DNA from: Methanoregulaceae archaeon
GTDB taxonomy: Archaea; Halobacteriota; Methanomicrobia; Methanomicrobiales; Methanospirillaceae
NCBI GenBank assembly: GCA_013331415.1
Contig: DUGL01000188.1
Coordinates: 6,579-70,578 of the forward strand
DNA length: 64,000 bases
Direction: 5' to 3'
Part shown: positions 9,588-18,439 of the stretch, in pieces
Layout: every line of letters starts with the position of its first letter
How positions within the stretch are numbered: the first letter of the stretch is position 1
Notes under the pieces: model-generated
Databases searched by the model: none
Told to the model about the DNA's origin: nothing
Seen by the model: the letters and a program-made list of their open reading frames with translations, nothing else
Translations under genes and position numbers: made by a program

Positions 9588-9965
9588 AGGTTAAATTCAG
9601 CGTATTTCCTGAGAATAGTCAATAATCGTCCTTTTTTCAGAGACCTTCACAGATTGCGTACAGCAGCGTTTCCCAGGGCCGGCCGATGAAATACACCGGC
9701 TCAGGAAGACGGCCTCTGGAAGCGAAATAAAGAGCATTTTTTTGGAGCAAATTTTAGGCGTATATTTTGAAAATAAAGGTATATAGAAGACTTTTCCATC
9801 CGGGTGTACACCATTTCCCATGGAATCGGGTCTGATGCAAGGAATACAGGAAAACGGAGCCTGTATCGGGCTTCTTCTGGGTGAAAAGAGGGCAACGGGT
9901 AGAATGTTCCGTGCATCTTCCCATGGATACCGGGAGTTGTCTTTATGGGTCTCACCTCTTGCAAT

Positions 9966-10139
9966 GAGCCCGGTGCCCAGGGCACCGGTAGCAGTGGCAG
10001 GAGGGGGTGAACCGGCAGATGTTCATCATCGTGGAGGCGACTGTAAATCGGGCTGCCCGGTTCACCGGAGTCCCGGACCTGCGGGGGGGCGGTCACGCCG
10101 GGAGATGAGAGGGTGGTGCACGCGGTCTTCCCGGTGTGA
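9966..10139 (+). pseudogene. Decayed duplicate of the last PEGA repeat and stop codon of the 4507..7734 gene
   Basis: 10068..10141 aligns with 7663..7736 at roughly 64 of 74 nt, with a perfect 26-nt end gtgcacgcggtcttcccggtgtgaac. It translates to ..AVTPGDERVVHAVFPV* against VVVTPGQEKGVHAVFPV*. Further upstream EPGAQGTGSSGRRG* resembles PPGARVYLSGRNTGE, but frameshifts and a stop are present. Confidence 0.7.
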
Positions 10140-10464
10140 ACGGGAACGGGCTCTGCAGGGGGGATCCCGGTATGTACGATCTCCTCAAATATCCGTTCTT
10201 TTGCACCAGCAATAGTACCGCGATGCCCTGGTCCGTGTGGAAGAATAACGGCAGCTTTTTATCCCTAATCAGTATGCGGGAATGCTTATTTCGGGATTAT
10301 AAAGTGTGTCAATTTTTTTTAAATTGTACAAAAAATTGTATTTCTATTTGATTATTGTACGTTTGGTATGAATATTTGCTAAAAAGATCATAATTTATTT
10401 ATGGTAGCCACGCCTCGTATCTGGTATACCCGCGGAATGCCACCCGCGGTTGGAGTACTGTACT

Positions 10465-12639
10465 ATGAAAGCTATGACTATTCTGGGCATTTTTGCCCTG
10501 ATGATGCTTCTGGTGATTCCGGGAGCTGTATCGGCTGCGGACGTGCAAGTGTCTGGCAGCGTTGTGGATGAAGACCTGACGGTGACTGCGCTCGCCATCA
10601 ATCCCGGTTCATCATCCGGCCATGATGTGATTTGCGCTAATGAGGCGAACACACTCCGTGCCACGGTTGCGAACTTAGGCGGGCTTGATGCCGGTGCTTT
10701 TGACGTCACCATTGTCATCGGTGCTTACACGCAGGCTGTCCGGGTAACGAGCCTTGCGGCCGGAGCGACCACGACAGTGGACTTCACCGGGTTCGCCCCT
10801 ACAATCATCGGGGATATGACTGTTGTAGTAACTGCCGATTCAAGTTCCGAGATCGAAGAATCGGACGAGACCAACAACGTGCTCTCGCAGATAAAGACCG
10901 TGTTTTACAACGGGTATAAGGGGAAGCGCTACACCGCGGGCAACGACTTCACAACCGTAGATACCTATATGGGACGTGTTGGGGTCGTCTACTCGAATGG
11001 AAATGCTGCCTATGCAAGTGCTGGTTGGACGTCATATTCTGCGAGCTTTACTGCTGGGACGAGTTCCGCTGACTTGGTCATTCCGAGCGGGGCCACTATC
11101 CTCTCTGCCCGACTCTACCAGTCCACCAACTGGGACGAGTCCACCGGTGGAGCAGGCGCAATCTGGTCCTCCGTTCAATTTAACGCCGGAGAGGTCACAC
11201 CGACAGCATCATATACCGATAGGAAGGGCTATGGCGGTTACAACTTCCCGTCCTACGTCTACATGTATGATGTCACCAGCACCTTCAACAAGGCAGGCAC
11301 TAACACATGGGCCTTGACACCTGGAACGGGCAACAAACAGGCGCTCTACCCGACCTACATAGTTGTAGTCTTCCATGACCCTGCAACCCAGACCGAGAAG
11401 ACGATCTACATCAATGACGAATGTGATCTCCTCTACTCAAGGGCATCGTACAACACCAACGACGCCGAGGCAACCGCCTACGCGCTCTTCAGCGGTGTGG
11501 ATACCACCGGCATGGGAAGCGCGAAGGCAATTGCATTCGTTGCTGCAGTCAACGAGGACGGTCAGAGCCAGTTCATCTTCAATAATGTTGACCAGGATGA
11601 CTTCTACATAAGTTCCGCCGCGAGCACCGCTCAAACGGTATCTATCAAGGAATTCACCCTGTCCAACGTTGTCGCAGGTGCGAACGAGGCAAAATTCCAG
11701 AGCCGCGACGCCATTGACGGTGATAACATGCAGGCCCAGAACGTGATCCTCGTTATCGAAAAGAGCGAGACTACCGTTACCGCTGACTTTACACCAGCAA
11801 CACAGGTATCTGGCGACAAACCCTACACCGTAAACTTTGACTCCAGCGCATCAACCGGTTACATCACCGGCTATGCATGGACCTTCGGCGATGGTGCGAC
11901 CTCAACCGAGCAGAGCCCGACCCACACCTACACCGCCCGTGGCACCTACGATGTCTCACTCATGGTCGCCGGGTTGAGCAGTTCGGACACCGAGACCAAG
12001 ACCGCGCTCGTTGTTGTCAAGGAACCGGCACCGGCCGTTGACTTCAGTGCCGACGACACCACACCCCTTGTCGGGCAGACCGTTACCTTCACCGCCACGA
12101 ATACCGGTGGACAGGTTGATAGCTGGCTCTGGAACTTTGGCGACGGACAGACCTCTACGCTGCAGAACCCGACCCACGTCTACGCAACTGAGGGCACATT
12201 CACGGTAAGCCTGACCACAACCGGGCCGGACTACTCCGACTCTGAGACCAAGAACAATTACATCCAGGTCGGCGCAGCAGTAATCGACGTGAGCGTTACA
12301 CCGGCATCCATTGACTTCGGCACCATGAGCGCCGGGGTTGACGAGACCGGCAGCACCACGGTGACCGTCGATGTCACCGCAGGTACCACCTGGTCGGTTA
12401 CCGCTGCAGCCAATAATGGAGGGTACATGAGTACCGGCACCGTGAACCTTGCGAACCCGTTCCAGCTTTCGAATGACGGGACGAACTTCCAGGCTATGAC
12501 CTCGAATTTCGCGAACTTCATGACCGGAGCAGCAGGTGTTGACGGAAGCGATACCGCAGATGTCAAGCAGGCGATCGCAGCAGCAGACGCACCCGGTGCC
12601 TACAGCATCACGCTGACCTTCACCGGCGGGTTCGCGTAA
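10465..12639 (+). CDS. Secreted protein: CARDB, DUF3344-like B module, two PKD domains, C-terminal WxL-like domain
   Basis: MKAMTILGIFALMMLLVIPGAVSA signal peptide. CARDB-like LRATVANLGGLDAGAF...ESDETNN. B module: YNGYKGKRY, GATILSARLYQ, YTDRKGYGGYNFPSYVYMYDV, IYINDECDLLYS. Two PKD repeats (WTFGDGATSTEQSPTHTYTARGTYDV; WNFGDGQTSTLQNPTHVYATEGTFTV). The last ~118 aa contain IDFG, TWSVTA and PGAYSITLTFTGGFA. Confidence 0.8.
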   Translation: MKAMTILGIFALMMLLVIPGAVSAADVQVSGSVVDEDLTVTALAINPGSSSGHDVICANEANTLRATVANLGGLDAGAFDVTIVIGAYTQAVRVTSLAAGATTTVDFTGFAPTIIGDMTVVVTADSSSEIEESDETNNVLSQIKTVFYNGYKGKRYTAGNDFTTVDTYMGRVGVVYSNGNAAYASAGWTSYSASFTAGTSSADLVIPSGATILSARLYQSTNWDESTGGAGAIWSSVQFNAGEVTPTASYTDRKGYGGYNFPSYVYMYDVTSTFNKAGTNTWALTPGTGNKQALYPTYIVVVFHDPATQTEKTIYINDECDLLYSRASYNTNDAEATAYALFSGVDTTGMGSAKAIAFVAAVNEDGQSQFIFNNVDQDDFYISSAASTAQTVSIKEFTLSNVVAGANEAKFQSRDAIDGDNMQAQNVILVIEKSETTVTADFTPATQVSGDKPYTVNFDSSASTGYITGYAWTFGDGATSTEQSPTHTYTARGTYDVSLMVAGLSSSDTETKTALVVVKEPAPAVDFSADDTTPLVGQTVTFTATNTGGQVDSWLWNFGDGQTSTLQNPTHVYATEGTFTVSLTTTGPDYSDSETKNNYIQVGAAVIDVSVTPASIDFGTMSAGVDETGSTTVTVDVTAGTTWSVTAAANNGGYMSTGTVNLANPFQLSNDGTNFQAMTSNFANFMTGAAGVDGSDTADVKQAIAAADAPGAYSITLTFTGGFA

Positions 12640-12729
12640 CGTGCCCGATGAGGTGATCTCCCCACCCACCATTTTTCCGGGACGCCCGGAGAACGATTAG
12701 AGCATGCTATCAACCGGAGCAGAACCCCC

Positions 12730-13686
12730 ATGAACCAAAATACCCGCACTCGCATCAGTATCATCGCGCTCGCGCTCATTTTAGTTATGACAGCCCTCAC
12801 CGTTCCCGCAGCCGCGCTCAAGGTCGAGGGGGCCCGGATCGCGCTCGACGTCGAACCGGGAAGGACATACACGTCCCCCATCGGTATCTCGATTTCACCT
12901 GAGGAACCGGAAGGGACGTTTGCCATCGAGGTGATGGGCTTCGGGCAGTCGCTTGCCGATGGGACCTATATGGCCCTTGACGCGGCAGCTGATACGAGCC
13001 CGTACTCGGCCCGGCCATTCATTACCATTGACCGGCCGACCGTGGCGATGAAGCCCGGTGAAAGGGCGGACGTTACCGCAACAATCGCCGTCCCTCCGGG
13101 GACTCGCGACGGAGGCCGCTACGCGATCATCCTGGTCCACCGGGCAGCTTCTGCATCAGGTGCACCGGCGGCGTTCGCCACTGCGGTCGCCATCCCGGTG
13201 TTTCTCACCGTGAAGACAGGTACGGTCACGGAAGCCGGTCAAATCTCTGCGGTGGAGCCACCCGTTGCCGAAGTCGGAAAGCCATTTGCGGTAACCACAA
13301 CTTTCCGGAACTCCGGGAACTACCACTACTACGGCGCGGTGAGCAGGGTGGAGATTGCCGACTCACAGGGCACGGTGGTGGCGAGCGCGACAACCGAGCC
13401 CTTCGTCCGGGCGATCGTCCCCGGGCAGTCGGTGACGTTTTCGAATGCGATCGCGAGCGGGCTCCCGCAGGGCACCTACGAGGTGTCTGCGCGGATAACG
13501 AAGCAGGACGGCAAGCTGCTTGCTGAGAGAATGACGACGCTGCAGGTCGGGAACCCTGCGCCCGTGCAGGCTACCGCCGCCCCTCCAAAGAACCCGATTC
13601 CCGGGTTTGGTGCATTGATCGCAATTTCGGGACTGGCCTGCGCCCTCTTCGGAGCGCTCCTGATACGGAAGGGAGGAGAAGGATGA
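12730..13686 (+). CDS. Two-domain surface protein with a PGF-CTERM anchor; resembles bacterial WxL-interacting (DUF916/DUF3324-type) proteins
   Basis: Signal peptide ISIIALALILVMTALTVPAAA, two beta-rich halves, and a C-terminus NPIPGFGALIAISGLACALFGALLIRKGGEG (PGF motif, TM helix, basic tail). Confidence 0.7.
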   Translation: MNQNTRTRISIIALALILVMTALTVPAAALKVEGARIALDVEPGRTYTSPIGISISPEEPEGTFAIEVMGFGQSLADGTYMALDAAADTSPYSARPFITIDRPTVAMKPGERADVTATIAVPPGTRDGGRYAIILVHRAASASGAPAAFATAVAIPVFLTVKTGTVTEAGQISAVEPPVAEVGKPFAVTTTFRNSGNYHYYGAVSRVEIADSQGTVVASATTEPFVRAIVPGQSVTFSNAIASGLPQGTYEVSARITKQDGKLLAERMTTLQVGNPAPVQATAAPPKNPIPGFGALIAISGLACALFGALLIRKGGEG

Positions 13687-13846
13687 TGGGATGATGAAGA
13701 AGGCGTATCGACACCGGAATCACCATCCTCCCTTCTTTTTCTCCCGGAGGTGGCAGGAGAAACCGCCTGCTGCCGCCGGCATGATGAGCATGCTCTCTTT
13801 TCGGGAAGAACACCAGCACGATCACGAAAAATCACGAGGATAACCT

Positions 13847-16800
13847 ATGAAACGGATTACGAAAAAACTGAAATGGGGTCCCGCGCTGGCCGTCCTGTTG
13901 TTGCTGCTCTTCCTTGTCGGGGTGGCGGCGGCGGACCCCTATGTCGGCGGTATCCCGCTCACCACGGTCAAGAGCGGCACGGTTTCGGGGGGGGTCTACG
14001 TGGACGCGGAGAACGACTGGTGGCCACCAAATCCCGGCCCTCATTCGGCCGAGAAAGCATTTGCCCCTATCCCGAATGTGAACAACATTGCATGGGCCCG
14101 GTTCTATGTTGCCGTCTACATCGGCCACCAGCAGAACAACTACCAGGGGACGGTTACGGTCGAATTCGACGGTGACGGTATAGGGGATTATGACACCCTC
14201 GGAACCGAGACCCTGAATGTACCATACAGCTTCCCCGGCACCGGTGGGACCGGTCCCGTGACCGTCAACGACCACTGCAACCGGGTGACGAGCGACTACC
14301 TGATGTGGTACGATGTCACCGATGATATCTACTCGCAGACGCCGGGAGCACGGGTCACCACATCTGCCCTCGATGGATCCTTCGACGGTCGGATCAAACT
14401 GATCACCCTTGTCGTCGCCTACAACGATGGCGATACTGACACCGTTTACTACTGGGTGAACCAGGGGCATGACACGGACACCTACCTGTATTCAGGCGAC
14501 TATGTAGGGGTGACGGAGTTCGACCTCACGGGGGTAACCGGCACCGTCCAGTCCGCATCCCTCATGGTAAACCACATGGCGAGCACCGATGGGTCGTATA
14601 TGTGGTATGGTGATGACATCCCCACAGATCCCTCCGGTGCCACCGTTCCCCCCGGCAGCAACTTCCAGGGAGACTATTTCGGGTACAACATCTGGGACAT
14701 GACGAACCTCGTCGAACCCGGAGACTACAACGATCTCACGTATGACCGGAACGACCAGTTCTACAAGATCCCGCTCGCCATCCTGACCGTGAAGAAACAG
14801 CCTGCAATGGTTGCCCCGGTCGCAGATTTCAGCGCGGACCCGCTCTCGGGCGAGACACCGCTCATCGTCCAGTTCACCGACCTCTCCACCGGCCCCCCGA
14901 CCTCGTGGAACTGGGAGTACCGGCTTGGAACAGGCAGCTGGACCCAGTTTTCAACGGCACAGCACCCTTCCCACACCTTCACGGACGTGGGGAGCTACCG
15001 CATCCGCCTCACTGCAACGAACACGATGGGCAGCAACACCAAAACATCGTCAGCAGGCTACATTACCGTCAGCCCGGCATCCGGCTGCGACCTGACCGTC
15101 ACCGCGATCAATCCCATCGCGAGCACCGTCTTTGCCCGTGAACCGAACACGGTCCGCGTAACGGTGAAGAACATCGGCGCTGCAGCGTCCGCGGCAACAA
15201 CCTTGCAGCTGGTCGCAAGCGACGGGTTCTCAGGGAGTGAACCCATCCCGGCTCTTGCATCCAACGAAGAGACAACCGTGGCGTTCCTGGACCCCGAGGT
15301 CCGCGACCTCGCTGGGGGGACTGTAACCTACACCGCCACCGTTGACCTGGAGGACGAGGTGGCCGAGAGTGATGAGACCAACAACGAGCTGGTTTCTCCG
15401 TTCACGGTCACCTACAACGGGTACAAGGGAAAACGCTACTGGGCCGGGGCGAGCGACATCACCACGAAGCGGACGTTTGACCTCAACGGGGGTCTCCTCC
15501 ATTCGTTCGGCGACAGCACCTACCGATCCGGGGGAACCGTTCCCGGGAGTGGCTGGTCTTCGTATACCGTAACATGGACTGCTGCGGATCTCCCGGTCCC
15601 CGCAGGTGCCACGGTCAGGGAAGCACGCCTGTACGTGCCCTACACCTGGGACGATACCGGGGAAATGCCGGATCGGTTCCATATCACATTCAACGGCAAC
15701 GACATCTCATCGGCATACCATGACCACTACCAGGACCGCAGCAACTTCGGCGGGCATTATGACAATGATTACGGCCTGCTCACATATGATGTGACCTCGC
15801 TGTTCAGCACCGCTGGAAACACGGCATACCTTTCAAAAGAGATTCAGGCCACGAAGGTAGCGATGTATGGCCTCACCCTTGTGGTGGTCTACGAAGATAC
15901 CGGTGAGCCGCGTCGCCAGATCTTCATCAACGAGGAGTTTGATATCTTCGGCGCGGACGAGTCCGGCTATGCAACAACACCGGAAGAGGCGACAGCCTAT
16001 GTGCCATTCTCTGGGCTAACGATCAATCCTACGAATGTAATTAGCGCCGACCTCATAACCTTCGTCCCCTCCGGGAATATGTACGAGGGAAATTTACTCT
16101 TTAACGATGAGACCATTGCAACCAATGTCTGGGATTATGGCTTATCGACCGGGACACAGGTTGCAGTGGACAGCAGGGATGTGAAGAACTACATTGATGA
16201 AACAGATAACGAAGCAGGAATCCAGAGCACGGCAGGTGCCGGCCCGCTGATGGCCGCAGCGCACCAGTTCCTGGTCCTGACCTACACCGAGGAAGCGCCT
16301 GTCGCCAACTTTGAAGGGACTCCCTTATCAGGTGAGGCACCGCTCACCGTCCAGTTCACCGATATCTCAGCCGGCACTATCACCGAGTGGGAATGGGACT
16401 TTGGAGACACGGAGACCTCTGTCCTGCAGAACCCGAGCCACACCTACACCGCGGCAGGCACCTATACGGTGACGCTGACGGTGACGGGTCCGGGCGGGAG
16501 CGATGTTGAGGAGAAGATCAATTACATAACAGTCAGTGCAGCTCCGCTAGCACCGGTCGCCGCGTTCACCGCAACACCGCTTCTCGGTTTGGCTCCGCTC
16601 TCGGTGACCTTCACCGACCAGTCGACCAACACCCCGACAGGGTGGAGCTGGGAGTACAATGCCGGCTCGGGCTGGGTCGAGTTCTCCACCGAAAAGAACT
16701 CATCCTACAGCTTTGCCGCCGGCCCCTACGACATCCGGCTCACCGCGACCAACAGCGGGGGCAGCGGTGTCGAGACCAAGACGCACTACATCGCGGTCGC

Positions 16801-18439
16801 CACCGGGCGCCAACCCCTGGTGAACGTCCAGAACGGGACCGTGACCGGCGACCTCTTCGTGGACTCGCCGCGGGTCTGGGATGCAAAAGAGTTCACGAAG
16901 ACCTATACCCTGCCCCCGGTATCGGTGGGCAACATCCAGTGGGCGAGGCTGTACGTGAACACCTACTCGGGTTCGGCGCAGAACACCTATGTACTCACTT
17001 CGACCGTGACGCTGGACGGGACCATCCTCGGAGTCGAGACGATGGACATCGCGTCCGAGACGAACGGCAACTCGTACCCGCTCAATGATCACGTCACCAA
17101 GGTCTACTCAGACTATGAAGCCTGGTATGATGTGACGAGCCTAATCACGACCGCAAGCCCGGTCGTTCATGTTAAGGGCGAAGCCATCCCTGGGAAGTCA
17201 TTCGATGGGCGTCTCAAGGCGGTGACGCTCGTGGTCGCCTATGACGACCCCTCGTCCACCACAGAGACCCGGTACTGGGTGAACCACGGGCACGACTGGT
17301 CGAGCCCGGGGAGCGGGCAGACCGTGTTCGACACCTCTGCGATTCCATCAGGATGGAGCAGCGCTGAAAGTAAAATCCGCCACACTGCAAGTTCCGATGG
17401 CAGTTACACCTTCAACGGTGTTTCGAAATCCGGGGGGGGCTCCACACCTGCCTATGACGGGCAAAACACCTGGGACGTGACGGCAGACATCACTGCAGGA
17501 CAGTCCAGCACCCTTGCGTACTCACAACCCGGAGGATCCTACAAGACGCCCCTGGCCACCCTGAAGGTCCAGTACCTCCCCGCACCAACCGCCGCCTTCA
17601 GCGCGGACCAGACGGTCGGCGATAAACCCCTGACCGTCCAGTTCACGGATGATTCCGGTGGAGTGATTACCGGCTGGTCATGGACGTTCGGCGACGGCGG
17701 GATTTCGACAGACCAGAGCCCGACCCACACCTACACCGGACGCGGAACCTACGACGTTGCGCTGACGGTAACCGGGCCCGGTGGATCCAGCACTGAAACG
17801 AAGACCGGGTACATCACGGTCAAGGAACCGGCACCGGTCATCGACTTCACCGCTGATGACACCACCCCTGCCATCCTGCAGACCGTCACCTTCACCGCAA
17901 CGAATACGGGTGGACAGGTTACCGACTGGCTCTGGAACTTCGGGGACGGAGGGACCTCTGACCAGCAAAACCCGACCCACCAATATACTGCTGAGGGCAC
18001 CTACACGGTCTCGCTGACCGCGACCGGTCCCGACTACTCGGACGCTGAGACCAAGACGAATTACATCCAGGTCGGTGCGGCAACGTTCGATGTGAGCGTC
18101 TCCCCGTCATCCATCGCCTTCGGCGCGATGACCGTGGGCGACCAGACCGACAGCACTTCGGTGACGGTCACGACGACCGGCGGCACTGCATGGTCAGTCG
18201 ACGCAAAGGCATCAAATGGCGGATTCATGGGAACCGGCAGCGTGAACCTCGCAAACCCGTTCCAGCTCGCGAACGGTCTTGGGGACTTCCAGGCAATGAC
18301 CTCTGACTTCGTTGGGTTCATGACCGGTGCAGCAGGTGAGGACCGGACGGACACCGCAAATGTGAAGCAGACGATCGTCTCGGGAGATGCACCAGGTGAT
18401 TACACCATCACCCTGACCTTCACCGGAGGGTTCGTATGA
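13847..18439 (+). CDS. Giant (1530 aa) secreted protein: A, PKD, CARDB, B, PKD x2, A, PKD x2, WxL-like C-terminal domain
   Basis: Signal peptide followed by DPYVGGIPLTTVKSG. A motifs occur twice (WARFYVAVYIGHQQNNYQGT / WARLYVNTYSGSAQNTY; FDGRIKLITLVVAYNDGD / FDGRLKAVTLVVAYDDPS). B motifs: YNGYKGKRYW, GATVREARLYVPYTWDD, LTLVVVYEDTGEPRRQIFINEEFDIF. Several PKD repeats. The C-terminal ~118 aa are homologous to the end of the 10465 protein (TAWSVDA, PGDYTITLTFTGGFV). Confidence 0.85.
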   Translation: MKRITKKLKWGPALAVLLLLLFLVGVAAADPYVGGIPLTTVKSGTVSGGVYVDAENDWWPPNPGPHSAEKAFAPIPNVNNIAWARFYVAVYIGHQQNNYQGTVTVEFDGDGIGDYDTLGTETLNVPYSFPGTGGTGPVTVNDHCNRVTSDYLMWYDVTDDIYSQTPGARVTTSALDGSFDGRIKLITLVVAYNDGDTDTVYYWVNQGHDTDTYLYSGDYVGVTEFDLTGVTGTVQSASLMVNHMASTDGSYMWYGDDIPTDPSGATVPPGSNFQGDYFGYNIWDMTNLVEPGDYNDLTYDRNDQFYKIPLAILTVKKQPAMVAPVADFSADPLSGETPLIVQFTDLSTGPPTSWNWEYRLGTGSWTQFSTAQHPSHTFTDVGSYRIRLTATNTMGSNTKTSSAGYITVSPASGCDLTVTAINPIASTVFAREPNTVRVTVKNIGAAASAATTLQLVASDGFSGSEPIPALASNEETTVAFLDPEVRDLAGGTVTYTATVDLEDEVAESDETNNELVSPFTVTYNGYKGKRYWAGASDITTKRTFDLNGGLLHSFGDSTYRSGGTVPGSGWSSYTVTWTAADLPVPAGATVREARLYVPYTWDDTGEMPDRFHITFNGNDISSAYHDHYQDRSNFGGHYDNDYGLLTYDVTSLFSTAGNTAYLSKEIQATKVAMYGLTLVVVYEDTGEPRRQIFINEEFDIFGADESGYATTPEEATAYVPFSGLTINPTNVISADLITFVPSGNMYEGNLLFNDETIATNVWDYGLSTGTQVAVDSRDVKNYIDETDNEAGIQSTAGAGPLMAAAHQFLVLTYTEEAPVANFEGTPLSGEAPLTVQFTDISAGTITEWEWDFGDTETSVLQNPSHTYTAAGTYTVTLTVTGPGGSDVEEKINYITVSAAPLAPVAAFTATPLLGLAPLSVTFTDQSTNTPTGWSWEYNAGSGWVEFSTEKNSSYSFAAGPYDIRLTATNSGGSGVETKTHYIAVATGRQPLVNVQNGTVTGDLFVDSPRVWDAKEFTKTYTLPPVSVGNIQWARLYVNTYSGSAQNTYVLTSTVTLDGTILGVETMDIASETNGNSYPLNDHVTKVYSDYEAWYDVTSLITTASPVVHVKGEAIPGKSFDGRLKAVTLVVAYDDPSSTTETRYWVNHGHDWSSPGSGQTVFDTSAIPSGWSSAESKIRHTASSDGSYTFNGVSKSGGGSTPAYDGQNTWDVTADITAGQSSTLAYSQPGGSYKTPLATLKVQYLPAPTAAFSADQTVGDKPLTVQFTDDSGGVITGWSWTFGDGGISTDQSPTHTYTGRGTYDVALTVTGPGGSSTETKTGYITVKEPAPVIDFTADDTTPAILQTVTFTATNTGGQVTDWLWNFGDGGTSDQQNPTHQYTAEGTYTVSLTATGPDYSDAETKTNYIQVGAATFDVSVSPSSIAFGAMTVGDQTDSTSVTVTTTGGTAWSVDAKASNGGFMGTGSVNLANPFQLANGLGDFQAMTSDFVGFMTGAAGEDRTDTANVKQTIVSGDAPGDYTITLTFTGGFV

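Noticed and set aside
9820-10215. 131-aa plus-strand ORF in the AT-rich/remnant region after the HEPN gene.
   Set aside because: It reads through the decayed PEGA-gene remnant in the wrong frame. The translation is Gly/Arg/Pro-rich, and the region is better explained as a pseudogene fragment.
16940-17300. Diversity-generating retroelement (template/variable repeat) as the explanation for the near-identical segments in the two giant genes.
   Set aside because: Substitutions between the copies involve all four bases, not adenine-specific positions, and no reverse transcriptase gene is present in the window.
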